Source of the DNA: Trichosphaerium sp. ATCC 40318
Taxonomy: Eukaryota; Protista; Tubulinea
Length of the DNA: 64,000 bases
Reading direction: 5' to 3'
Assembly: GCA_038496445.1 (NCBI GenBank)
Contig: JALMLS010000017.1
Coordinates: 186,001 to 250,000, forward strand
Shown here: piece by piece, positions 39,453 through 51,805 of the stretch
Position numbering within the stretch: the first letter of the stretch is position 1
Layout of the letters: every line of letters starts with the position of its first letter
Position numbers and translations under genes: made by a program
Notes under the pieces: model-generated
Database searches by the model: none
What the model was told of the DNA's origin: nothing
The model's input: only the letters and a program-made list of their open reading frames with translations

Positions 39453-41858
39453 TTATCTGAGTGATTGTATTATAGCTGAATTAAGGAGGCCAGCCTCTTT
39501 GACTGTCATTTCGAGATTTGTCAAGGGTTTACGTGGGAAACTGTTCATTAGTACTGTTGTCTTAGAAGGTGGTGGAGGTGCCAGGCTAGAATCAAATTAG
39601 CACCATACCTTCGATGTCAGATCAATAAAAGTACCTTTCTACATGGCTTTGAATATCACTAATGGTATGACTATGGTTTACTTTCAACCTCAAACGCTTC
39701 CCTGAGTGCAAACTGACACGGATGGTCGTTGTATCAGCGGTTTCATCAACAACCTTTAAAATCGTTAGTAAGAACAGTTATATCACGGTGTATGTTGTTA
39801 CCAATTCTTTAACAGGAACATTCGCTCTAGGCTACATAAGACAACAATCGAAGAATCTCAACAAAAAAAAAAACAGAGAAGAAAACGTACGATGTGACAG
39901 GCTTAGGAGATGTAACACTTGCTTCACTTGATGTAGATCCCAATTTTTGACCAGAACCAGCATAAGCAGAGAACTTTGGACTGGTTTCCTGAGCTTCTGT
40001 GTCAGGCATTAGGTGTGCAGGTATTTGCCCGCCACCACCAGTTCTACGCCTCTCTTCTATAGCCTTTTTTCTTTCCATTGATAACTTCATCATTATAATA
40101 CTTTCAAGCACAGAGTATAAGCAATTAAATAGTAATCGTTACTACGAGTTACCTCAGTTTGCTGGTTATTTCAGCTTGAGAGAATCCAGCAACTTCCATG
40201 TCTTCAACTAATTTATCAGGGCCTTGTAATTGGAACTTGGTCATCATGAGCTGTAAAGTCCAATCTCGCTTACTACAACAAAAAAAAAGATACGATTAGT
40301 TAAGTGTATGTAATAAATCAAAGTTAGCCGTACGGTGGGCAAGCATCCTGTAGTAGTTCACGTAAAGCCTTACGAACGGGATCCTCTTTATCTTCATAAG
40401 GTTCTTCTTTTTCTTCTTTGTATCCACTAACAAGATGTAAACTCTCCAAAATAAAAATTGTACTGGATTTCTCTTGAAAAGAAAATTTAATGGAAAAGCC
40501 CAATGTACCTGTCTTCACTTGCTTTTTGGGCTGCATCTTTGTTCACATAAGTTACCTCACCACCTCTCATAATTGGCACCATCTTAAACAAGAAAGTAAA
40601 ATAAAAAGGTAATACTTGAAGTGTCACTAACATTTGGGTTTTTTCTTGGAGATGATGAACTACTCATTGTGTTTCTAGCAGATTTACGAGCTGACATACG
40701 CTCAAGTTTATCTAATCTTAGACGCTCTTTAATCTCCTCTCGATGCTTCTTATCAGCTTTCAAGGCATGTTAGCGAAGTTTCTTGTAATAATGCTAATTT
40801 AGTGGATTACCTAATTTTTTTTGTCGTAGAGCTTTTCGCGCTTTTTCAGCTTCCACCTTACGTTTTGCTTCGGACTCTTTTAATTCCTTACGTTCCTTCA
40901 TGTAATATTTAGAAAACCTGTAATGAAACGAAAGCTATTCCACGTACAGCATCAGTAAGGCTATTTTGTTTTGAAGGTTGTCGTTGAGGTTGTGTTGATA
41001 ACTTTGGCGTTGAGCTTTCCGCTATGTTGTGTCAATGCTAACAATGACAAAGGAAACATAACCCAAATGAAGAATAAAAAGGACATACATGGAATAAACG
41101 TTTTTTCTCTTCTAGACTTTTCAGCCCTTACTTTTTCTATGTCTACCGTTGCTACTTTGGTGATGATCTAACAAAACAATTAACAACAACGCGACCATCA
41201 GTGTACACTCACAGAATTTGCTATGGAGTTACGCATGGTTAAATCCACGCTCAACGAACCGTCATCAAGGTTATGCTTGGCAATAAATTCTGCTGCGACA
41301 CTGTACGCGTTATCTTGGGAAGTGAGTGTTAACAAGAGGCTTTTTTAATTGTTTTTGTGGTTTTTTTTTCTTTTTTGGTTACCTCCTATGTTATACCCAA
41401 GTAGTTTCTCTCCTTTTGGCGTAGGTATACGAAAGATCAAGTCGTGCTTTTCATACATATCAAAAAACTCTTGTGACGCAGTCCTGCAATTTTGGTTAAA
41501 AATTATTTATACTTTCCACCACTTATTATTATACATACCAGTACCCGTTTGGGGTCGTTTGAACATTATTACCTTGTAAGCTTGCTGTAGGGGTGTCCGA
41601 ATCTAGATCTGGAACTGGTGCGCCTAAAGCTAGGCGTCAATAATATATGGGTGCATTGCGCATCAGGAAACGTAGCGAATAGTATTATTTTTCACAGAAG
41701 AACGTTAAAACATCTAATTGCGTTTTTTACAGCGCAAGGTTAAGAAATAACATAGTTACAAACGTACTTTGAGGTTGACTAACAACGGCTGGTGCTGAAT
41801 CAACGTCGTCCCCAAGGTCTAATTCCATCATGTTATCCCCTAAGTCTAATTCCATCAT
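39453..41858 (-). CDS. p97/Cdc48 cofactor-like protein: PFU-like domain, coiled coil, SHP box, p47-type UBX
   Basis: HDLIFRIPTPKGEKLLGYNIG|D.AYSVAAEFIAKHNL (PFU-like); KFSAYAGSGQKLGS (SHP box); TTIRVSLHSGKRLRLKVNHSHTISDI...MNSFPRKPL..MTVKEAGLLNSAIIQ (UBX). Confidence 0.85.
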
Positions 41859-41861
41859 GTT
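41808..41861 (-). repeat. 27-bp tandem duplication spanning the start codon (NMMELDLGD x2)
   Basis: AACATGATGGAATTAGACTTAGGGGAT followed by AACATGATGGAATTAGACCTTGGGGAC on the minus strand. Confidence 0.85.
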
Positions 41862-42087
41862 GTTAGAGTCATTTTGCCACTGTAAAGCGTTAGTAAAAAA
41901 TAAAAAAACAATATTGCGGTACCGCCATTGCGAAAGCAGTGAATATGAGATAGGCTTTAAAGTGCTGTCGTTGTGGTGAACAAAAGCGCAACGATAAGCA
42001 AGAATGTTATGACGCTTTAAGCCAATCCAAGCATTCTTGTACAATTCGTAACGAGCAGACACCAGTAGTACATACTAGCGCTACAAC

Positions 42088-43969
42088 ATGGCAGAAAAAA
42101 CCAAAACAGTTGAAACAACAAAACTTCCTGTCACAGTCCTATCAGGTATGGTTATTCCGTTTACAAGTTGTTACAACAACATAATAGGATTTTTGGGGGC
42201 TGGTAAGACAACTATGCTACAACGGGTTTTACAAAACAGAGAGGGCCTAAAGGTTGCTGTAATAGTAAATGACATGAGCGAGTGTACGTTTTCGATTAAA
42301 AAAAAAAATAACACTTTACACCTGTTTCTTACGCTCTGTCAAGTGAATGTCGACGCTAGATTAATTGCAAACAAGGACGTTAGCCTTTCAAAGACAGAAG
42401 AAAAGTTAGTGCCAATGCAAAATGGCTGCATTTGTTGCACATTAAGGTATGATATTCAGTTGGCGTGTGGTGTTTTGTCTACCGTTTCTTGGTTTGCTTG
42501 TACATATTTTTTAACGTTTCATTCTCAGAGAGGACTTACTGGAACAAGTCGCTGCTTTAGCAAGGGAAAAAAGGTTTGATTACCTTCTCATTGAATCTAC
42601 AGGTACTGACATTGTTGGTTAATACTCTGCTCATATGATTGTAGGTGTATCAGAGCCTTTACCAGTAGCTGAGACGTTCACTTTCAAGATACCATTACCA
42701 GACAAATCAGGTAAAAACATTCATTTAAAAAATTATTATTAATGGCTTCAGGCACTGTATCAACCGAAACTTTGAGCGATGTTGCACGCCTTGACACAAT
42801 GGTATCTCTTCTTCCTTAAATAAATACCAACAAATGTCTAGGTTACAGTGATTGATGCACACGCATTTTTCAATGATATAAAATCCGTAGAAATGTTATC
42901 TGAGCGTCATGGAGAAGGTATGCACCCTGACATTTAAGGTCCATTGTATAGAAAGTACTGACATTCTTTTTATAGATAAAGTAGCTCCAGAAGATAATAG
43001 ATGTGTTGTAAACTTGCTCATAGATCAAGTCGAATTTGCTTCTGTTATTGTTATCAATAAGATGGATCTTATTGACCAAAAAAAGCTTGAAAGTATCAAA
43101 GCTGTTTGTTTAAAACTGAACCCTAATGCTAAGATACTTACAAGCAAATATTGTGATGTACCATTAAAGGAGCTATTGAGCACAGGTACAGAGAACTTTA
43201 ACATCAAAAAATCCTCTGGCTTTGGCACTAGGCAACCAAATTCTGATACTCTGTAGGCTCGTTTGACTTTGAAACTGCGTCTCAAAATCCTGGTTGGATG
43301 CAAGAAATACGAGGCAACCATACCCCCGAAACTGAAGAATATGGTATCTCTTCCTTTGTTTATCGCAGAAAGAAGCCTTTCCATCCAGAAAGATTATATG
43401 TGAGTGCTTTAAATTTTATTGAAAGATCTAACCTGGTAACAGGAACTTCTTGAAGAAGGTATCGATACAGTAGTACGTTCCAAGGGTGCATGCTGGTTAG
43501 CGTCAAACATGCATACAGCTTTGGAATGGAGTGGTGCAGGAGAAATTTTTCAATTTAAAAATGGCGGACTTTGGCACGTGATGTTTGTCTGATTGTTAAC
43601 GTGCTTACTCATATTTAGGTTGGCTGCTATACCAGAACCAATGTTGCCACCGCAACCTGAAGTTAGAGCAATGCTCAAAAAGCAAATAGAGGAAGGTGGA
43701 AAGTACGGAGATAGACAACAAGAGGTAAGACATTTATGATGGGCGCTTCTCTTTTTGTTAAATTACCATAGATTGTCATCATTGGCCAAGATATGAATGC
43801 AAAGGAAGTAGAAGCAATTCTTGATGCTTGTTTAGTGACAGATGAAGAATTTGAGCAAGGTTACGAGCTATGGCGCACGTACAGTGATCCAATAGCTGCT
43901 TTGGCTGGTACTGGGCAACCAAATATTGAGCTAAGGAAAGAAGAGGATGAGGGCGACGACAAAGCCTAA
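42088..43969 (+). CDS. CobW/COG0523 G3E-family zinc metallochaperone GTPase
   Basis: [94 protein letters not shown]. Confidence 0.95.
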
Positions 43970-44124
43970 ATTTGGCGTTATTATAAACAAAAGTTGTTGA
44001 AGTGTTGTTAATAAACAGTTAAAGCGTTTGCAACTTATATCGTTTTCGTACTTGCTTAAAATAAGTTATGGCTGTGTTGCCTTAATATTTTATTATAATT
44101 AGCCCAACCGTTGCCTCCGTTAGG

Positions 44125-47100
44125 ATGTCAACTGAATGGAGTGAACACAAGACCCCAGAGGGGCAAACATACTATTTTAAAGAAGCTACAGGCGAGACTC
44201 AAGTGCGTTTTTCTTCTCGTACGCTGTTTTACGCTAACTGCAATAGTGGGAGAAGCCAGATGAGCTTAAAACCGAAGCTGAAATAGCTGCTGGCGATGTA
44301 CGTAAACTTGGGCTTGCGTCTTTCGCTTTATAAATAACAGCAGCACAGTCACTGTCATTATTACCCACCTCAGCCTATATCTTGACTGACCTTAAATTAG
44401 AGCCAACTGGTTTGGATTCCAGACGAAAAAGAAGCCTTTGTACCAGCGTTACTTATTGCAGAGGTACGAAATTTTTCGTTATGAACCGTAACTAACTTCC
44501 TTCAAGCACACTAGCGCTAAAGTATACGAAGTACAAACTATAGGAGGTGAAAACATCTACATTCCGCTTGACAAAGGTAACGCGAAGCCAAAAAAGAAAA
44601 TGGTAAATAAACAGCTTTAAAACTAACCTATACGCTAAGGCCCTCTCATACCACTAACACAAGACCAACTTGATAAATCTGTTGATGATCTTGTTCTTTT
44701 GGATGACATGAACGAAGCACTTATAATGCATAACTTGAAGGTTAGATGCCGACAGAACCAAATATACGTGCGTAGAATGACCTATTTTGGTATTTTTTTT
44801 AAGCACTTGTTTCGTCAGTGACTGATTTTCTATCGTCTTTAGACAAACGTTGGCACTATTTTAATAGCTATAAATCCTTATAAAATGCTTCCACTGTACA
44901 CACCATCAATGATTGAAAAATACAGAAACAGAGGCGAAGTTGAGCTTCCACCTCATCCTTTCGTTATTGCTGATGATTGCTACAATGATCTATACGAAAA
45001 CGATCAAAATCAGTCCATACTTGTATCTGGTGAGTCTGGAGCTGGAAAGACTGAAACTACAAAAGGTGAGTATAAAACAGTTGATGTTTTAAGTAGTTTT
45101 TTTAACCACTTTGTAGTCATTTTGCAGTATCTTGCTGAAATCGCTGGAAGTACGTCAGGCGTAGAACAGCGTATTTTGATGGCGAATCCAATTCTTGAGG
45201 CGTTTGGTAATGCCAAAACTATCAGAAATAATAACTCTTCTCGTTTCGTACGCATCTAGCTTACGTACATGATGTGTTTCTCATATTGTTGGTTCTTAGG
45301 GTAAATGGGTAGAGATTCATTTCAACAAAAACGGTCAAATCTGTGGTGCTCGTAACAAGAACTGTGCGTACTCGGTGATGTTTCATACTCGTTGCTTAAT
45401 GTTTAATTAGACCTTCTGGAAAAGTCTCGTGTTGTTGCAGCAGCTGTTGGCGAGAGAAACTTTCATATCTTCTACCAACTTTTGTGTGCAGAAAGTGCTG
45501 TTAAAGGTTTGTTTGCTCATTAATTAACTTGTGTGTTAAAAAAGTACATAGAGCGCTATCTCTTGGGTGGTATGGATGCTTCTCACTTTAGATATACCAA
45601 TAGCTCTCAGTGTATTGCTGTTGAGGGTATGGATGATGAAAAAGAGTTCAGAGATGTCCAAGTATGTCGTTATTGTAACAAACTATTTTAACCTATTGGT
45701 AGAACGCTTTTAATGCTCTTAACTTTGAGCAAGCTGAGCTTGATGAAATATACGGGACAGTATCTGCAATTCTTCACCTCGGTAATATTGAGTTTTCTGG
45801 TGATGACGCTAGTTCAACAATCAGCAACATGGATTCTCTTAATACTATGTCACAACTTTTGGGTTGTGATCCAGATGCGCTAAGTAAAGCACTTACTAGC
45901 CGCACAATGAAAATTCGTGGTCAAGACGCAACATTGATACCATTGAGTGTAGATAAAGTACGTTATTTCTTTTTTTCAAAATACTTGGTTCTTACTCTTT
46001 ATAGGCTACTGATGTACGGGATTGTCTGGCTAAACATTTGTATTCTAAAATGTTTGATTGGTTGGTACTGCGCGTTAATGAATATTTGAGTGAAGACATT
46101 GGCAAGACAGAAACTAAGATTATCGGTGTTCTTGATATTTTCGGTTTTGAAATTTTTGAGAATAATAGTTTTGAGCAATTGTACGTTAATTGAGTTATAT
46201 TGTAAATGTAGTGTAAATATTTATTCTCTTGTATAGGTGTATTAACTTTACAAACGAGAAGCTACAACAAAAGTTTAATCAAACAACTTTCAAAGAAGAG
46301 ATGGCTGTTTATAACAGCGAACAAATCGATTATGAAAAAATCGAGTTTATTGATAATCAGAGTGTACTTGATCTTGTAGAAAAGGTACGTACCAAATCCG
46401 AATGATGTAGATTTAAACAACTAACACTTTTTTTTCTTCAGAAACCATCTGGTTTGATGGTTATGCTTGATGAAGAGTTGAAAATGCCACGTGCTACAGA
46501 TAAGACTTACCTTAATAAGCTTTGTCAGACACACAAGCAAAATGAGCGTTTTAAGAAGCCTCTTAAATTAAGAGAGCACTTTACTCTTACTCACTACGCT
46601 GGTGATGTGACATATGAGGTCACTGACTTTTTAGTAAAGAATAAGGATAAGATGTATGACGATTTAGTCGTTGTAGTTAAATCTAGCTCTCGTCCTTTCA
46701 TTCAAACACTCATGAGTCAAGATAATGTTGATGCTAAGAAGCGTATCACTCTCGGTGGTCAATTTAGAGTATGTTCTGTTAACAAAAGAAACTTTCATTG
46801 TTCTAATACCACTTTTAGAAACAATTGACAGCGTTGATGGAAACTATTAACTCTACTTCACCGCATTACATTCGTTGTATTAAACCAAATAGTGTTCGTC
46901 AACCCTCAGCTAAGGTAATGATGATAAGCGAAAGTATCGGTTGTAATCTAATGTTATTTTTTAAATAGGTACTCGATGCACCTATGTGCTTGAGGCAATT
47001 ACGTTACTCTGGTGTGTTTGAGGCAGTAAATATTAGAAGAACTGGTTTTCCATTTAGATACAAGTTTGCACAATTCGCCAAGAGGTATGCTTTACCATCA

Positions 47101-49843
47101 ACAGCGCTTTTTTTGTTTGTTTTGTGGAGACTAATATAATTTCAAAGATTTCGATGCATCAATCCAAACAATGCAAACAATGAAACAAAAGACGGGTGTA
47201 TGACACTCCTTAATGGGTTTGGCGGTGACTGGTCCACAGTACGTGTAGGAACATCGATGATATTGTATAGAAGTAAAGAGCACAAGAAGTTGGAACTTCT
47301 TAGAAATGTTGCTATCAGAAAACTTCTTATTAAAGTTCAAAAGAGTACGTGGCTTGTAGTGGTTCTCTTTGTCTTTTCTGATTATCTCTTTAGACTATCG
47401 TGGTCACAGAGCACGTGTACTGTACCATAACATTAAAATGATGAGAGGAAAGGTTGCTACTGCAACAACTACACGAACTATTGAAGCACTTGATGTTGTA
47501 CTTCAAGAGTGCGCACAATTGCTTTGGTTTGAACCAAAGTTCGTAGAAGAAGCTAGGAAACTACGCCATTACCTAGAGAATGAGAAACGTGTATTGGCTC
47601 TTGTTGAAGCTGCTTTGCCTAAGTGTAAAGGTACGCTTAACTTCAATTTATGAATAAGTATCTAAGCGGTTTCTTTAGCTACCAAAAATCCATCAGAAGC
47701 TGATAGATTGCAGCTTACAGCTGCTATTAAGGAGGCTGATGAGATTGGCATGACATTGCCTATCGCTGACGAATCTAGAACAGTACTAGAGGCGATTAAT
47801 AAACGTATTGAGGCGAAAGAGCTCATGGAGAAGGGTGTTGAAGCACATGATGAAGAAATGCTGCGTAAGGCTGTTGCACTTGGACAGCAGTTCGATATGG
47901 ATATGAATGAGCCAGCATTGCATAAGGCAAATGAAGAGATTGCTCGTTTAGAGCAAGAAACAGTTCATATAAAGAATTTGCAAATGGGCCTCTCTATGCC
48001 ACCAAATTCTCTTTACCCTGGTGTTGTCATTGCTCAAGACACAGGTGATGTCACTGTCACTGATGAAGCATACCAGTTCCTTCAAAATACTACTCAAGAA
48101 GCCATGGCAGTACGTTGTGATTTTTGGTGCTTATAGCAAAAAAGGGATTTGTTTTATTAATTGTTTGTAGTTCGAGATGAAAACAGCGGAAGGTCAAAAA
48201 TGTGTTGCCACTTCCAGTGTTATTGCTTATATTCGGTATTATGTTGCCCAAGATGATTGGGACAATGTTAAAGAGCATATCACCAAGGCATATAAAGCTG
48301 ATCAAGAAATTTACGCTCAAGAACGAGTGCCTGAGATTCAAGCAACTTTCTTGGCTGTACGTTTAATTCATATACTACTTTATCTTATTAGTTTATAATA
48401 GTTATCTCTTCGTGCTCAACTAGCAGATGTGCAAGCTTCCATGTATACAGCTGCAACTGAGTTTAGTGCACCAGATTTACGTATGCTCATCCCTCAAGCA
48501 GAGCAACTTCGTATGGAAGAGTCTGAACTCACTTGGTACAAAGGTATGGCTCCAATGCAGACTGTAAATACCATGAGATCTAACCTTATTATAAAGAGTT
48601 CCTTACCAACTTGGACGCTTGTACAGCAGCTGCAAAGGATGCTATAGAAACTGTAGATTTGCCAAAACTTAACCAAGTATTGGACTACGCTGTACAAATT
48701 GGAGAGTACAACGGTCCAGAGATTCAACAAGCACGTGAGCTTAAACAGCAACTTGATGCACTTGGTGCCGAGCTTGCAGATCAATTACGCATTATTCCTG
48801 AGCTTCCAATCGTACGGATAGTCATGGTCTTTTATGCCTAACGTTACAACCATAGATGCAAGAATTACTCTCTAGGATCAACGCAAAGCGATGGGAGACT
48901 GAGGAAACCAAGGAACTTACGGGTTTGACTATGCTTGGAGAGCAAGAATTAACAAAACGCCAACTCAAGGCTGCTATTGCTAGTACGTATTTTTTTTTTC
49001 TGAGTGTGTTTTGTTGTTTGTCCTCTTGTATTAATGGATATTTTTTTAGATAAGGATAAAGAACGTCATATCGAGAAAACTATCCAAATGAAGGATTTCT
49101 TCTTTGCTGCTTTTGGATCTACTTTCCGCTTGGCAGATTGCAAGCATCTAAAGAGTCCAAAGGAATTTGCACAGTCACAAATGTTCGGAAAAGATAAAGC
49201 TGCTAAGTTGTACTATCAATGGGTTAAACACCCAATTAGCACTTCTCTGACACGTCTCGAAAAGCCTTATGTTAAGGAAGCTTGTAAAGTTTTCAAGAAC
49301 ATTCTTGGTTGGTGTGGAGAAAGAAAGGTACGCAACCAACACCTCCATGTCATTAATAACATTCTATTTAGGTCAATTATCCTGCTACTGTTTGTCGAGA
49401 AATATTAGAAGTAGCTGGTGGGCAAGAACCACTCAGAGATGAGGTCTATGCACAGATTATGAAGCAACTTACAGAAAATCCAAATCCGTACGGAAATCCT
49501 TGTTTTTTGTTATTCTTTTTGCTGACTTTGTTAAAAGAACGTCTATCCAACGTTGCTGGAAGCTTATGCTTGCTTGTTTGAAGCAATTTCCTCCAAGTCA
49601 CGAATTTGAAAACTTTGTAGAGATGTTTATCAGAAACAGTTCTCCAAAAGAAGGTACGTTTGCAGAGCGTTTGTTATTATTAGACACTGTTCTTGTTGTT
49701 TTGTTTGTTAACTTTTTTTGATAGATACCGAACGGCTACTCAAGTCATTACATCATACTGTTTTCAGAGGAGCTCGCAGCAAGTTGCCTTCCCCAGAAGC
49801 TATCTTGAAGTACCTAACAGCAAAGGGATTAGAACTTGATTAA
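44125..49843 (+). CDS. Unconventional myosin with N-terminal WW domain and C-terminal MyTH4 (class IV-like architecture)
   Basis: WW: [19 protein letters not shown]|WEKP. Motor: [45 protein letters not shown]-like motif, helical tail, and MyTH4 ([28 protein letters not shown]). Confidence 0.95.
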
Positions 49844-50249
49844 GTGTACTTTTTTCTAGTACACATCATACAATTGCGTGTAAATATTTTCATAAACCAG
49901 TCATTTCTACTACCCTTGTTACAAGCAACTTGTTTATTTGATATACTTCACACTTACTCTGTAATGACATTTTGATTTCTTAGCATACTAAGCGAATACT
50001 ATTCTAAACAACTAACAAGATTATTTATTTGTACATTTAATATCAATAAGCAAATATGTTAACCTACACGTGTTTTTTTTCTATTTTTATTTTGCTCTAA
50101 AAGGCAAATGAACACTCCGATGACGATCGAAAGCTTCATCTATATATCCTATGGCGTTCTACTACAATTAGTAACAAAAGCTATGTAGTACTGCACTGAG
50201 GTACCATAAATTTACACTCCAATAATACAACTCCATACACTCCAAAACA

Positions 50250-51080
50250 ATGTTTTGTTTTGGTATTGTACTTCTCTTCCTTCTCGTCGTCCGTAGCCAA
50301 CCATCTCTCAAATTTGTTGATAAAGAAGTAAACAGTGATGTATTGGTTGCAACAACCAAGTCTGGAACACGTGTACTTGCCAGGTATACCAAACACAAAG
50401 ACAAACCGAAGAATTGGCGTAAAGAACAGAAACAGAAGCTGAAGACGGAAAGAAGAATTCAAGGTCTGTTCGAATTTTGTCCTTACATAGCTCCAGAACC
50501 AAAGCACTTTAGAACAAAAACACTCGGATACACAATTTACTACGAGAAACAAGTAACAGCAAAAGAGTTTTGTTTTGCTAACGAGCGTGATGACGCATGG
50601 GCGGCTGGTGTTCTCTCATCGGTGCTAAAAGCTGTAGAACAACTTCAGGAGGAGGGTATTGTCCACAGGAACATCAAAGGCGAAACGATAAACATCCTTC
50701 CTGACGGTCGAGCACAACTTACAAACTTTTCGAACGCTAAACACGTGTCTGACCTCAATTCAAAAGAACCATTCTGTGGGACTCCAGGATACGTAGTACC
50801 TTATAAAAACAATCAAGTGAATGGAGATATGTATGCAGTAGGCACTCTCGCACTTGAACTCGCTCTCGGTATTGATAACACTCCTCTCCCTTTCTCGTCC
50901 AGATTACAATTTAATCCGATGGATTGGGTCGTTAATGAAATGGAGCGTGAACGTATGGAGGTGGAATTCGGCTCTGACGTGAAGAATAACATGTTGTTAG
51001 ACTTCGTTAAAGAATGCTCGAAATCCGATGCCGACGTTAAGGTACTGATGTCACACCCTTATCTCTTCACTCTCGAATAA
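50250..51080 (+). CDS. Intronless protein-kinase-fold pseudokinase with putative signal peptide
   Basis: MFCFGIVLLFLLVVRSQ leader; VHRNIKGETINI (HRD changed to HRN), LTNFS (for DFG), CGTPGYVVP, DMYAVG, LMSHPY. Confidence 0.85.
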   Translation: MFCFGIVLLFLLVVRSQPSLKFVDKEVNSDVLVATTKSGTRVLARYTKHKDKPKNWRKEQKQKLKTERRIQGLFEFCPYIAPEPKHFRTKTLGYTIYYEKQVTAKEFCFANERDDAWAAGVLSSVLKAVEQLQEEGIVHRNIKGETINILPDGRAQLTNFSNAKHVSDLNSKEPFCGTPGYVVPYKNNQVNGDMYAVGTLALELALGIDNTPLPFSSRLQFNPMDWVVNEMERERMEVEFGSDVKNNMLLDFVKECSKSDADVKVLMSHPYLFTLE

Positions 51081-51136
51081 AAACATCAAAAAATGTATAA
51101 ATAGCTATTTGTAAAATAAAAAATTATGACGTATTG

Positions 51137-51775
51137 ATGGTAAGAATTGCCACCACGTGGCGAAAAGATGTTTCGGAGGTTGGTGGCTTTTGTTTAACGA
51201 TTTAAAAAATAGTACATTTTAAATTGTGCATTGACAACAGGTCATATTAATATCTTACAATTCTCGCATTGTTTCCCTTCGTGTTTTATCCTGTTGAGAA
51301 AACTGTAGTTTAAATACAGGTGATTTGAAGTATCAACAAAACGGTTTAAAACAAATACGGTTGAGTTTTTAACCACATGTGCACCGTTTTCTTGTGCCAC
51401 CACACCTGCGATTGGACGGACGTTAGAGCTAGCGCTACGTTGAACGGAAACGTACACGTGTGACTTTTTTTCACAAAGTACGCTTTATGTCTCTAGGTGT
51501 TGCTACTACGTCACGTGACGGACAGGTAAAGTTGGGTATTTCTTGTTTTCAATACAGAGTCAGTTATGAACAGGGACATATCACAAATACATGCAGCTAC
51601 CCTCATACGATACAGACGACACTTTTATCCGGTTAAGCCAATAAAGACTGTTTATTTTGACGTAAACTTGTGTTGTGCTATTTATCCGCTAGAATACCAA
51701 GCACAGCGTCAAAATATCGTTGAGTACCGGAATACTAAAACCACTATCACACCCGATAAAGCTTGGCGAGAATAA
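51137..51775 (+). CDS. Possible small multi-exon hypothetical gene
   Basis: Six GT-AG introns can be removed to give one frame, MVRIATTWRKDVSE|VILISYN...|VLLLRHVTD|RVSYEQG...|EYQAQRQNIVEY...KAWRE*. No recognisable domain. Confidence 0.35.
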
Positions 51776-51805
51776 GGGTCTCTTTACCAAAAAAACCCAA
51801 AAGAT

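Noticed and set aside
40320-40540. SEP domain expected in a p47 ortholog
   Set aside because: The superficially similar residues fall in an intron, and the spliced product shows no SEP motif.
50060-51520. Cluster of CACGTG (E-box) and TAGCGCTA palindromes
   Set aside because: These are short motifs that also occur in introns and coding sequence across the window; enrichment cannot be shown without statistics.
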